Shown one piece after another: positions 48,221 through 60,337 of a DNA stretch of 64,000 nt. Under the pieces are notes generated by a model. The model was not told the DNA's origin. It did not search any database and saw only the letters and a list, made by a program, of their open reading frames with translations. Source of the DNA: Dudresnaya verticillata (taxonomy: Eukaryota); contig OZ374564.1 in the NCBI GenBank assembly GCA_977862235.1, forward strand, positions 1,674,001 through 1,738,000, written 5' to 3'. Each line of letters begins with the position of its first letter. The stretch's first letter is position 1. Made by a program: the position numbers and the translations under genes.

Positions 48221-48596
48221 AAAGAGGGAGATGGGGAACTTTATGGTAGGACTCGAACACGCATTAGGTCTCCCCGTCTACTCAAGGATCTACCTGAAGG
48301 GCAAGACGACGGCAATTGATCGCCAGCGCTTGCAAGCTGAGAAGGTGAGATACAATCCGAATGGTCAGAGCTTGCGTTTCGTCCGAAGGGTTGCTCAGTC
48401 GCTGTTCGGACAAAAAGCGGCCAATGGCACGTAACACCTGACGAGCCTCAGAACCAACAGCGCCGTACGAGTCAATAAAAATGCCGTAGACATCCATCCC
48501 CTAGCTGTATCGGAGATCTTGGTAATGTGCCCTTTTGGGGCCTTCAGCGGGCGTCGCCGCGGCTCCAATCAAGCGAGAGGCGGCCGTGCAGTAGTC
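48221..48596 (-). mobile_element. 3' fragment of a CRE-like (restriction-like endonuclease) non-LTR retrotransposon
   Basis: AASRLIGAAATPAEGPKRAHYQDL..*GMDVYGIFIDSYGAVGSEARQVL...SLQA matches the RLE C-terminal pattern (AE..K...Y...G.......[DE]..G..G..A). Its 3' UTR recurs at 63527-63584. Confidence 0.65.
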
Positions 48597-49384
48597 TTGC
48601 TTCAATAAAGTTGTGATGATGATGATGTAATTTGCAGCAAACGGGGCGGCCACCGTAACGCCGCCTAAGGGCGAGGGTTAAAGGCAGGAATAGGAACCAC
48701 CAAGTCCGGTGAGACTAGGAAGCAGATGGCGTTCGGCGAGAAACGAGTACTCAACATAACAAGCCCAACTGGCGGAATTCGTTGACCAGAACATCGCGTA
48801 AGGTGTTGTAACGCCGGATAACGCCTTCGCGACTAGCGCAGGTGAAATCATGTTGCACGAGAGGATCAAGAAGAGGAGCTCGCCTCACGCCGGGCGTGAA
48901 ATAGCCACGGGGTAGATCAAGGTGGAACTAGAAATACATGGTGCGTTGTAGTCCAGAAGCTGACTACAGCGCCCACGGTCTCACGAAGCAGATAAATATG
49001 TGTCCACAGCAGCTATATTTCCTGCCGGAGTTGCGCTCGCCGCAAGGGGCAAGCATCGCAAGCACCGCTTGTGACGAAGACATCGCTTGGGTTTGAGAGT
49101 CACGGTGGCATCAGATCAGAATGTCGTACTGCACTACAGTTGAAGATGTTAATGTTTCAACAGCAGGCTTCCTTCCTTGCCGCGTTTAGGGGGATTAATT
49201 CCAATACCTAATACCACCCCGCGTTCTCCAACTTACTGCTCTCATCGGGAATCGTCGAAGTCCTGCTTGTCCTGACCTTCCATTATTCACCAGCGGGTGA
49301 GCCGTTAGGAGTTGCCCCTTGTTCGTCTTGCAGTTGTAGTGATAACGCTTACTCAACAAAGTTCACATTGCATTTGCCTCGGCG

Positions 49385-50194
49385 TCAACGGCCTGTTGGG
49401 AAACACACTACGTATCTAGAACTGGACCTATCGATTTGTGGTGGGGTCGTCGGAGGTGATGTAGTATGTTGGAGGCCAATGCGACGGATTTGTTCAATTG
49501 TTTTGCTTACGCGTGCGAGCGAGATGGGAGTTGGGCTTGGGTGAGCCAGCAGGTTCAAGATGAGTCGGTGGGCAGCTGCGAGGTTGGGAGGAGGGATAGG
49601 GAACGTCCCTAAGTGCCATCGTATGGTGAGAATTCGATGTGCGGCGTATTGCGATTGCATGGCCGGTGCAAAGCGCGTTGAGGTGTAGACAGGGGCAGGC
49701 TGTCCCCCAGCAAGAATGCGGGTCTAGGTTGCAGTTTGAGCGCGGTGAAGTTGGGGTGGTGTTTTTGGGGAGCGGATCGTACTCCGCAGGCCGGCAATTC
49801 CCGAGATCTTGGCGGCGTGGGGCACTGATGACGCAGCCCAGGAAACGGTCGTAGTGGTGGAATTGGAGAGTTGTCGGAGCCGGCGTACTAGGGAATGTTG
49901 GAGCTGCGACGAAGATAGGGGGGCATCTGGAATTCTAAAGAGTGCTCGCAGCTTTCCGAGCTGTTCGGGGGGGATGCGGTGCGTCCGCCGCCCGATTGAG
50001 ATCCGGAGGAAGAGAGCCTGGGCGCTGTCCATGTTTGACTCGAGTTCGGGGGTGAGTGAGGTCAAAACCAGTGCGTACTCGAAATGAAGCGAGCGGCACT
50101 GGCATGCATTCGGGAGTGATGTGTCCTGCGCTGGCCAGCATACCAACAGTTCCTTTTGCGGTCTGAATCCGGTTGAGCATGGACTGAAGTCCAA
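49385..50194 (-). mobile_element. 5'-truncated decayed LINE fragment, same family as 60338-62818
   Basis: FEYALVL...MDSAQALFLR...KLRALFRI and RILTIRWHLGTFPIPP align with the C-terminus of the 826-aa LINE ORF. Confidence 0.85.
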
Positions 50195-50896
50195 TTCTAT
50201 CGCGGGTTAACTCGGTACCGAGATAGTGTGCACTTGGGACAGCCTCAATGTACAGTTAAAGGAAATACGGCTGCATGCCCTGCGCAGCGTAGCAGAAGAA
50301 GAAGCATCGCGCTGCCTTGTGGGTAGAAAGAGGATTGATTGGCTGCCAGAAGATTTCAGAGGAAAGGCCACCTTATACTGTACAACATCTGAACCGTCAC
50401 ACGCGCAATAACCATTTTCCTCTTTATATGCCGCCCGGTCCAACCCGTCATTATAGCGCAAGCAAAGAACCTCCCGACTTCATTCCCTTCCTCAAGAACT
50501 GAGATAGCGCTTACATATAGGAAATGCCTCCTCGGCGACTACAATGGAAAACTGTACTATCATAGCCATGGTGGCGGATTACCCCCACTTGATGAGAATC
50601 GATAAGGTAAGCTGCGAGCAACCTTCATACAGTGCATTTATCAATATTGCGTAACCCCTTGCAACAGCTCCACCTCCTTTGCATACCCGGTTATACCAAT
50701 TTGTGTGCGTTGAACCCCCCATCGTTCTCTCTGCTTACCTACACCAGCTCCGAAGAGTTCCTGCTCGACTGCGCCCTTATTAGCAACACACACATCCAGC
50801 CCAGTCCGATCAACCCAAACAACACACAAGCACAAGCTTTTGAGCCCCATACTCTCCGTCGCCTGTCCTCATTTCCGCAACTATCGAAAAACAACT

Positions 50897-51796
50897 ATGA
50901 ACAAAGGAGTTCAATTAGAAGCATACCCGTCCTTCGCGTACAACTTCCGTGATGAATACCTCGCTGAGACCGGTGTCTTCGCTGGAATTAGCATAATTTC
51001 CCATTCTCCCCTGCTCGTGCCTGGAGGTGCCCCCCAGCTCATCAAGTTTCTCTCCACATTACCTCACAATTCTATCATTTTGGTAGTAGACGCCCTGAAC
51101 AAGCATAACATAATGGCAATGGGTCGAGGGGGGAGCCGTAACGGATGCAAAGAAGGCCGCGCCTTGGAAATCAGTATGCATTGTGGCGACCTGTATGTGG
51201 AGACCCTACAGAACGCTATCGATGAAAACCGGGACATCGCCGGAACAGGAAAGATTACTGTCGTTCGTTGGCAGGAAGTCATTGATGGGAACAAGATAAA
51301 GCAAGAGGCCATTGCTCACAAACACTATGATACTAATGAAGTCTTTCGGGAGAGAGTCGATGAGATTGCTACGGGTTTTCTCTATCATCGTCGCCCTAAG
51401 TGCAAGCATATTTCCCGCAGGCTGCCACATCTGGTCAACTACCTATTGGGGGAAATGGCATCCCTTGTTACCGGTGTGAAGTACAACGGACAGCATTTCC
51501 GTGCCCTCGTTTATCCGACCACTGCAGAAGCATTGGAGGAAGTGAAGTCATGTCCGCGAGCACACACTATGTGGAAACTCGTGGACGACATTCAGAATGA
51601 CCCCGCCTTTAATGATCTTAAACAGGAGTTAATAGAGGCAGATGACGGAATCGAGGCAAGGAACGGGGTGGCTATCCTACCAATTCTTCGTCATGTCGAG
51701 GAAAAAGAGGCTTCCGAGAGCGAAGGTTGTCCTGTGAGAAACCAGATTCGAAGAACGTCTCGTGGGTTGGCGGCCCACGAAGCGGCCGGTGTTTAG
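50897..51796 (+). CDS. tRNA-dependent cyclodipeptide synthase (CDPS)-like protein, XYP type, 299 aa
   Basis: VFAGIS (S32), ILVVDALNKHNIMA, VVRW, HYDTNEVFRERV, NYLLGE (Y182, E186), LVYP (Y206, P207). Y-E-Y spacing (+4, +24) equals AlbC Y178/E182/Y202. Intact and intronless. Confidence 0.85.
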   Translation: MNKGVQLEAYPSFAYNFRDEYLAETGVFAGISIISHSPLLVPGGAPQLIKFLSTLPHNSIILVVDALNKHNIMAMGRGGSRNGCKEGRALEISMHCGDLYVETLQNAIDENRDIAGTGKITVVRWQEVIDGNKIKQEAIAHKHYDTNEVFRERVDEIATGFLYHRRPKCKHISRRLPHLVNYLLGEMASLVTGVKYNGQHFRALVYPTTAEALEEVKSCPRAHTMWKLVDDIQNDPAFNDLKQELIEADDGIEARNGVAILPILRHVEEKEASESEGCPVRNQIRRTSRGLAAHEAAGV

Positions 51797-53883
51797 TTTC
51801 GTCGTTGCCTGGCAGAAACAACAGTCCAACATGAGTACACTCTCAGCGAAAACCGCAAGCTAGAAGGCTAAGGCTTCAGGCTATGTAAAAACGGCATTGC
51901 TTCAGGTTGGGACTGATGGCTTCTCCCCGAATGCAGTGGAGAATGTCCGAGTCCAAAAGGCTGAGTGGTTCGACTGAAAACTCTTAATTACGCTTGGATG
52001 CCAAAAAAGCTTTGTTGATCTGCGGAGATACCTGCAGGTATGTTATATAGCGACAGTGAACAATGTTTGTCAGCCGCGGGTTCGCTTCGATAATGTATGT
52101 GAGCGAGCCCTTTCGCTCAGTATCTCTTTCAGAATCGTTCCTACCGCCACCTTTCTTATCCGATTTCAGTAAGGCGATAGTAAAATTGATGGAGATGAGA
52201 CGGTTGTCGTACGTGCGATTGCATAGGCAACAAAGGACAATGAGTGAATACATGCGATCGGATTGCGAGCTGGCGGTGGGCTGGTGACAGGAGTCACAGG
52301 GCCGGGGCAAAACGCAAATTGTAATAGACAAATAGAAGAGAGCACAACACCAAACCATGCTGCAAGGTCAAACGCCGAGTTGTGATTTCGGGGACGCGGA
52401 AGAGGGCGTGTAGCCTAGACATACGGGGCGCAGGCATCGTGAGTGTCTTTTCGACAATGACGGAACGGAAGAAGAAGAATTCAGAGTACCAGCTAACGGG
52501 GAAAACGTATCGAGAGATTGCTACGATCTGCAGTAGGAAGAAGTGAATCATGTGCCAGAAACTGGTATTCCAAGAAAGGTAGGCGAGTAGTCCAACTCCT
52601 AAAGCCGGGCGGTTGGAATGAGATGTAGATTGAAAGAGGTCCTGTGAACAGGTCCCAATATATTCCTTGGGCGTACAGTACGGGGAACATATTTGCATTA
52701 TACGTCCCGCAGTTATTCAGTCGGGTTGCAACACAAGTGCGAAGTCAGCGAACGGAGTCCAACGCATAACAAAGAGGCGAAAGTATCGTTCTGTAACCCT
52801 TTTATTGTTATTGTAAGCATTGGCAGGAGACTTATTTTGCTCTAACACATGCGCTTCCGTATCGATAGTAATGTCAATGCGAGCCCTATGGTACAGGAAA
52901 GTTGTGGCATAGAAAGACTGACCACGCTGCCAATGGGCGATAATTGTGATGTTTGATTTGTTGGCGTTCTGTTTAGAGTAGACCAGCACAGGCGGCAAAG
53001 GACCATTTGCAAATGGGCCTTACCCGCCCCAATTGGATTTGAAGGCTCACATGTGCAAGCAACAACAACGTATTCAAACGGGAGGCGCAAGCGAGTAGGA
53101 TTGTCAGAAGCCCCAACTCTTTCGCCTCACTCATTTCCTTAGCCTCATAACATACTATTGAAGCTGACCAGTTGAAGTGGGGCCTCGTACTGAAGAGTAG
53201 AAGTAGAGGAAGGCATGTAGCATCTCAATGAGTAGACTAGCACTTGGATAGGAACGAGGTGAGGGAGAGGTGAGGCGATGGTAGATGGCAATATCAGCTG
53301 AGCTCGCTGCTCCTCTTTTCATTTGTCTCTGCCCTAATGCCTTTACCCACCGATGCCTCGGCGGTTAAGTACTGCCCGCGGAGCTTGTTCACTCCACCAG
53401 GTCCACCGTCCGACGACGGCTTAGTGCAGGAGGGCACTCGGATTCAAAACCGCATCACCCTGAAACGTCTTACTGTCTTGCCAGGAATTTCTTGGCCCAA
53501 TAGCGATAAAGCGATGTCCTCAAAAAGACGTCCGGTGTCCGTCGCCCATTTTAAATACTCCTAAACATAAAGGAATGGCCGAGATTAATTGTTACATTGC
53601 TGTAGTACGAAAAACTACACTTAGCTTATATCTACGTTGCGCGTTCCGTAGACACACACTAAGAAACATTTACCCACGAAACGCATCTTGCATCCAGAAC
53701 TGAGGTATGAGTTTTGCATTGCATCGAGCGATCGTGCGGGAGTATAGTAGGGCGTAACAGGCATTTTGTACAGGTATGTGTATTACTTCCATTTTTTATT
53801 GCAGAGCTCTTCACGATGAAAGTGATGCTTTACTGTTACTGTTGTGCAGGGTGGTCCTGCAGGGACGAAAAAAGGCTCATTAC

Positions 53884-54194
53884 TGTTAGTACCGGTTTCT
53901 TTCGTGTGTGTTCTTACCTTTACTCAACTCGGTTTCCTGTGGTATTTATGCTACTGTATCTCTACAATCTTTAAGGGTTTGCTTTTCTCTCGTGCACGGA
54001 GAGTATCCGAGATATTCTTGACTCCGGGAGTATTTCCGGGAGCAGCCATAGCATTGCTTGTCATCGGCTGACAACGACAGCGTACCACTTGTTGTTCTTC
54101 ATGGTCACTAGTCCATCTCCAATAAACAGTATCCATATAACAAATATGTCTGCACTACTGCATTTGCTCTGCTCTCTGAACCCGCTGTCTAACA
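53884..54194 (-). repeat. 3' LTR of Gypsy element 3
   Basis: Direct repeat of 59112-59422. Confidence 0.96.
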
Positions 54195-54218
54195 TTCGGC
54201 CTTACTTACAGAATCCCT

Positions 54219-57200
54219 CTATCTCGACGCCCTTATTGCATCCCACTCGGCAACCACCAGTTCTGGTAGCTCTGTTTCAGGAACCCACTCTTGTTTTGAG
54301 TCCAGACTATTCTTAACTTTTAGGTGGCGAACACCGCGGACGATCTTTTCTGCTCGAATGTTCCGAATTAGTCGACGCGTATCCGGAAAGATTCCATCCT
54401 GCGGGTCCCCGGTCTCTTGTACGTCCTCCGCGATTCTCCGCAATCGGTTGACGTGTACCCTTGCCACTTCACGACCAACCTCCGACCTTATTATATACGA
54501 GATTTTTGAGAGGGGTTCTTCAACTTGATATGGTCCCAGCCAAGGTGAATTGAGTTTCCGGCCCTTCTTCATAGAATGAAGCGGATTATAAACCATAACT
54601 CGATCTCCCTTCTCAAACTTAACATCTTCAACTAGTTTGTTATACTGTTTCGCTGCCTTCATTCTAGAATCGACACCTTTTCGTACTAATTCTTGATGCA
54701 GCACTTTTAAACGAGCAGCCAATTCTTCGGGTGACCGAGGCGCCTCATCTAACGCCATTCTTTTTCCTGCCTCTGCATCGAAATCGAAAGCATCGACGCC
54801 AAACACCGCCTTGTAAGGGGTTATGCCAGTTGCTGAATTAACTGTACAATTATACCTGAAGCATGCCATTGCCACGTGTTTGTTACAGTCGTGCGCATCT
54901 GGGGCTACGAATTCCCTTATATCCTTCATGAGTGTTCTATTAAATCTCTCTATAAACCCATTCGTTTGGGGATGGTAACGGCTTGTAAATATTTTCTTAG
55001 TACCCACGCGGCTGCACAATTTTCTTACCAAATCGCTCATAAATGCTTTGCCTCTATCGCTTAGAAGCTTTTCAGGCGGTCCGAAACGCAGTATCCACTC
55101 GTCCATTATTACTCCCGCCAATGTCTCTGCTGTTTCGTCGATAATTGGGCAGGCCCAAACAAACCTTGTAAAAAGATCTCCCATGACTGCTACCTTTCCA
55201 CAGTATCTGCCCAGCGTAGATGATACTTCCAATACATCAATCGCTACTACTTGAAACCTCCGCAGCGGATGCCACGTTAGCATGTGCCCCTGTCTACCAG
55301 GCCGTCCAAGTCTATGAAGGGTACAGTGTACACATTTTCGGACGCGATGTGACACATCTCTTCGAAGACCCTTCCACCAAAACCTCTTCTGGACCCAGCA
55401 TAGAGTCTTAAAAACGCCGCGATGCCCAATATGTCTTGAGCCATGCGCGTGTTGCAGCACACGGTCCACTAATAGACGTGGTACAACTATTCTCATGCTA
55501 TCTTTGAGCATTAAACACATCAGCGAATCTTCATCCAGAACGAACTCCTTGTCTCCGTGCTTATATTCTTCAAGATTTCCGAATTCCTGTTCCTGTGCTG
55601 ATCGGATCTCGGCAACAGATGGAAGGCACCTGTCTTTTTCTCTTGTGAACCTTATGCGTTCCTGGCATTTGGTGCATTTCATCGTGCCCACAGCGTCTCT
55701 GCTAAGTGTGTCTGCTACTGTCAGCAACTCTCCTGGGGCGTACTCTACGATAAAGTCAAAATCTTGCACCTCCACCATCCATCGCGCCAACCTTCCCCGC
55801 GGCTCTGTGAGTGAGAGAAGCCATTTTAGCGCCTCGTGATCCGTAATGACATTGAAGGTGGGTCCACCATGCAAGTAGTGCCGCCACGAAGTGCGTGGAT
55901 AACTGCCAGGCATTCCTTCTCGGTTACAGTATAGCGCACCTCGGCTCCTTTGAGTTTCCGTGACGTAAAGGACACTGGACGACAAAGCCCAGCTTCATTC
56001 ACCTGAATTAAAACTCCACCGATGCCATAATCGCTTGCATCTGTCATTACAATTTTCTTCTTCTTAATATCGGGTGCCGCTAATAGTTCCGGGCTAGAAA
56101 GCTCTTTCTTGAGACTCTGCCACGCCAACGTCTGACTTTCTCCCCAACGCTGATCCCAGTCTCTGACCGAACACGTCGCCGCACGGTGCCTTTTCTTTTT
56201 ATTAAAGTCCGTGCCCTGTAGCACTTCATATAAAGGTTTTGCGCGGTTTGTAAAGTTCGGTATAAAGACAGAGAAGTAATTAATTAGCCCAAGAAAACGC
56301 ATTAGCTCGGTTATGTTCCGTGGTTCCTGGAGGTCCTTAATGGCAGAAACATGTCCTTCGGACGGCTGCAAGCCATCTGGCTGTACTCTATGACCCAAGA
56401 CCTCAACCTCTCGGACTCCAAAACAGCACTTACTCAGCTTTAGGCGCATGCCTGCTTTCAACATGCACGACAAAATTTTCTCCAATTCCACAATATGAGA
56501 TTCCTCATCCTCAGTACCTACACTTCCGTCATCCATAAAAGCCCACAGGCTCCTCCCCTTGAACTGTCCCAATACCAAATTAATGATGCGCTGGAATGCC
56601 GCTGGGCTGTTCTTCAGACCCTGTGCTAGCCTTGTATATTTTAGTAGACCTATAACAGTCCTAGCAGCAGTGTACTCTCGTGACTCAGCATCAAGCTGCA
56701 CTTGAAAATAACCATCCTTTAAGTCGAATGTTGAGAAGACCTTTTTGCTAGCCAGCCAGTCCAATGTTTCTCTAACGCCTTCCATAGGGTACTGATCGGA
56801 CACCGTACGTGCATTTAGTGCACGAAAATCAGTTGTGCACCTCAGTGACCCGTCTTTCTTAGGAACAAAAACATTGTTTGAAGCCCACGGAGACTCCGAG
56901 TGCTCCACAATGCCCTGGGACAAAAGTCGTTCCATGGTCTCCTTCTCGGTGCGCTGCTCTGCAGGCGACCGTCTTCGAATGGGGGATGCCACTGGCTCAG
57001 CATCCCTATTCACCCTAATCTTGTGCTTGTAGCCTGAAATGCAGCCCACGCCCTTGAAAATCTCCCTGTACTTCCAGAGTACATTTCGTAATCTCTGTCG
57101 CATTTGTTTTGCAGGATGAAAAGAACTTAGATCCATGTTCAAGATTGCCGCATCAATATCTGCATCCTCAATGATTGCCCGTACCTCTTCATCATGAATA

Positions 57201-57667
57201 TCCTTGAGCCGAAGATTTCCTTCAAATTGTTCACCCTGTACAGTTACGGTCCCCTGCAGTGTATCCAGATCCATCTTCATTTTATACTTCAACCAGAATC
57301 GCCTCCCAATAAGGATTCCACTTGGTAAACTCTCCATGACCCGAACCGGTTGTTGATGGAATTGTTTCCCCAACATGCTAAATGTTAAATATCCTCTGCC
57401 CACAACATTTAGTTTCCGTCCGCCTGCATCTAATGCATCCTCTTCATCAACCATAAGCTTCCCCCCAAGCCTTCTGAAAAGGGTCGCGTTGATCCACAAC
57501 GGAAACGCCCCAATGTCTACAACAGCAGGGACAAATTCTTTTCTTCCACTTGGATTCTTAAACGCCAAGTCTACCACGACATCTAGGCTGGCATTCCCCT
57601 CCTCTTCGTGAGAAAGACAATTTTCTTCTGCGCATTCACAGACTGTCTCCCACGATTTCTTTTCCAT
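54219..57667 (-). pseudogene. pol: Gypsy 3 pol: PR-RT-RH-IN with degenerate chromodomain-like tail; frameshift at ~55890
   Basis: VVDIGA, FDLKDGYFQ, AQGLKNSP, FMDD, TDASDYG, TDHEAL, H..H..C..C, IDVL/SDRG/IERFNR, WLGPY, EWVPETEL. Confidence 0.95.
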
Positions 57668-57687
57668 ATTGCCACACGTTTCGGGAG

Positions 57688-58587
57688 TTAAGCCCTGTTC
57701 TGCAACGGAGGGCTGCTCCCTTTCTCTTTCCCCAGTTCTTTCTTTTCCTTGTTGTCACCTTCATTTGTCTTAGGTCCTTCACACTTCTCTTTTTGCCAAG
57801 ACATATGGCCCAGCTTCCCACACGTGTAACATTTCAACTTAGCAAAGCGATCCTCCCTACCCGATGGGGGGAATGCACGACCTTCTGTGCTTTGATTTTC
57901 CCTTACCTCTTTAATCCCTTCAGAGCGGTTTTGGGAGTCAGCAATTTGTGCCATAGCAGATATAAGCTCATCATATCCACCCTGGCTTGTGTATGCGAAC
58001 GCTTGCAGACGCACAGGCAGCCCTTTGATAAATTGTGCCTGTATAAGCGCCTTGTCGTATCCGAGAGAAGAACCTAGAACAGTAACACGTTCCCCGTATT
58101 TTCGAATCGATTCGTGACGTTCATCCCATTTAAGTCCAAGAAAGGAAGTGTTCTGTGACTTTTTCTGTGTTTCATTAAACAGACTCTGCTCCAATAGAGA
58201 CCATAGAGCCCTTGCGTCAACATCCTGGTCTTCACGACACACTGCATTAGCGAGCTTCAAAGCTGATTTTTCAAATGCCAACATTGAAAGCTCCTTCTCA
58301 ATGTCATCTTCTAACGGGAACTTCTTATGTAGCCTCTCGAAGTCCTCTTTGGCGGCCGGGAAGTTGTAGTCTCCCACCAATGAAACCTTGTTCAGTGTCA
58401 TCTTCCGTTGCCAGATCTTGAGCCTGTCCGAAGTAGACAATCCCGAAGCAGCACGAATAGTTTCTTTTTCGTTGCGTTTTGTTTCCGCTCCATCAACAGA
58501 TATAACGTAACCGTCTTGTCTACGCACGACCTTCTCAACGTTTGTTCGTGATGCCACTGGTTCTTCGTTACTACTATGACCCTGCAA
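57688..58587 (-). CDS. gag: Gypsy 3 gag
   Basis: ESIRKYGERV, FIKGLP and knuckle CYTCGKLGHMSWQKEKC. Confidence 0.85.
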   Translation of the reverse strand: MQGHSSNEEPVASRTNVEKVVRRQDGYVISVDGAETKRNEKETIRAASGLSTSDRLKIWQRKMTLNKVSLVGDYNFPAAKEDFERLHKKFPLEDDIEKELSMLAFEKSALKLANAVCREDQDVDARALWSLLEQSLFNETQKKSQNTSFLGLKWDERHESIRKYGERVTVLGSSLGYDKALIQAQFIKGLPVRLQAFAYTSQGGYDELISAMAQIADSQNRSEGIKEVRENQSTEGRAFPPSGREDRFAKLKCYTCGKLGHMSWQKEKCEGPKTNEGDNKEKKELGKEKGSSPPLQNRA

Positions 58588-58641
58588 AACTTGCAGCTTG
58601 CAGTTTGCTTAAAAAAGCTTCTACTTGACCTTGCACTTCGT

Positions 58642-58905
58642 TTATCTCAGCAATCCGCGTTGCTCCGCCTGTTCGTTGCCTTTGGATACTTCTTGGGGTC
58701 CATCCTGACTATTTATTATGGCCTTCATAACAGCGTTATGGTTTTCCGCCATACTGCTTTGGACTTGATCCACGGAGCCTCTCAGAGTCTCCACTGTAGC
58801 CTGAAGTTCGATTACGGTCTCGGCCGTCTTTTCTAACTCGGCAGTCAGCTCCTTTACACTTCCTTCTAAAGCAGAAACCCTCTCGGTATTGGTGCGTCCT
58901 GACAT
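58642..58905 (-). CDS. Small coiled-coil ORF upstream of Gypsy 3 gag (separate ORF or detached gag N-terminus)
   Basis: 87 aa, ATG start, heptad pattern ERVSALEGSVKELTAELEKTAETVIELQATVETL. Confidence 0.6.
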   Translation of the reverse strand: MSGRTNTERVSALEGSVKELTAELEKTAETVIELQATVETLRGSVDQVQSSMAENHNAVMKAIINSQDGPQEVSKGNEQAEQRGLLR

Positions 58906-59111
58906 CTTTAGACTTGAAAATATTCTCGCCCTTACTTTAACAGCCCCTCTCTCTGCTCCACTGCGACGAACCTCCTGTTCTGCCCAGTGCTTGACTCAGT
59001 CCCTCTCTTGGACCAAGGTTTCAAACGCGAACCGCAGCTCACGTATCCTTCACCTGCCGTTCGTACAGCAGATGCTTGAAAAACTCACAAACACAGTAAG
59101 TTTAAACTTAT

Positions 59112-59422
59112 TGTTAGTACCGGTTTCTTTCGTGTGTGTTCTTACCTTTACTCAACTCGGTTTCCTGTGGTATTTATGCTACTGTATCTCTACAATCTTT
59201 AAGGGTTTGCTTTTCTCTCGTGCACGGAGAGTATCCGAGATATTCTTGACTCCGGGAGTATTTCCGGGAGCAGCCATAGCATTGCTTGTCATCGGCTGAC
59301 AACGACAGCGTACCACTTGTCGTTCTTCATGGTCACTAGTCCATCTCCAATAAACAGTATCCATATAACAAATATGTCTGCACTACTGCATTTGCTCTGC
59401 TCTCTGAACCCGCTGTCTAATA
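59112..59422 (-). repeat. 5' LTR of Gypsy element 3
   Basis: Direct repeat of 53884-54194; outer terminal CA mutated to TA on the plus strand. Confidence 0.96.
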
Positions 59423-60337
59423 TTACCAAGCGCACCCGCCCGAAAGCCCAGATAACGGCTTAGGGAGAGGAAGCAGCTTGAGCACAGGTTAAAAGCTAGT
59501 GGGAACCGGTGAAATGAGGGGGGTGGATTCTCCCGGGATGGTCAGTGCAACATCAGATAGTCGTCGAAGCTATCCTTGCATATGCGGCGGCTAGGTCGCT
59601 CGGGGTATGACTCTCCGTCCTGCTACGTTTGCTGAGATTCTGGATGCAAGCTCGAAATAGGGCTCAATTTTTCGAGCACTACTGCGGGATTGAGAAGGTC
59701 TAAAGATGCCAGTGACTTATTGTTTAACAATGGCGAGGGGCGGTCTTGGTTTTGGGGAGGCCGAGGGCTGGGGAAAAGCGAGGGGATAGAAAATCAGGGA
59801 CACGGCGATGCCCTTTCAAAAGGGTGCGCCCTTCAGCATTGCGCATGACATGGAGGGGGTGTCGGGGGTGGGTGTTGAACTAAGGCTCTAGGAAGGAAAA
59901 GAGCCCAGTCAGGAGGACCAAAAGAGTTCCATGTCTGTAAGACATGGTATTCCCCATAGTCACACCAATCATATAGTTGAAGTTCCCCTATATGATTGGT
60001 GTGACTATGTAGCTACAGGCTGTATGAGAGTGGAATGCTCAGTGGTGACAAGCAAATGCTTTACCTTGATGAACAGATGTTGCCCGGGTACTGTGAAATG
60101 TATCCATAGGATCGACCAGGTATCAACGTCTATATCGATGAAGTGTTCATATTCTGCTTCTGAAAATTCTCCAAACCTTTCTTGTGCTAGCTTTGGACAT
60201 CGAAACCTACTACTGTCCCTTGGCTAGTTAGTTCTAGCACCACTATATATATATACGTATAGAAGATGATATGGATATAAGAAGTAAGCAGTTGGGCAAT
60301 GTTGGACTGTTCCGTAGGGGGATTGTTCACTTAATAA

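Larger units (their letters stand above)
53884..59422 (-). mobile_element. Full-length Ty3/Gypsy element 3 (5,539 bp)
   Basis: 311-bp LTRs differing at about 2 positions; TGTTAG...CTAACA termini; 4-bp TSD TTAC (53880-53883 / 59423-59426). Confidence 0.96.

Noticed and set aside
14184..51796. Functional link between HisRS and the tRNA-dependent CDPS
   Set aside because: About 35 kb apart, separated by unrelated TEs, and the HisRS is a dead pseudogene.
51984..53090. Chain of short minus-strand ORFs next to the CDPS as a possible tailoring enzyme
   Set aside because: Fragmented, with no P450, oxidase, methyltransferase or other motif recognised.
53337..53564. ORF containing TVLPGISWPNS, resembling the CDPS GISxxNS motif, 1.5 kb from the CDPS gene
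   Set aside because: No downstream YxxxE or YP/YH motifs found in the frames I read; a short match is compatible with chance.
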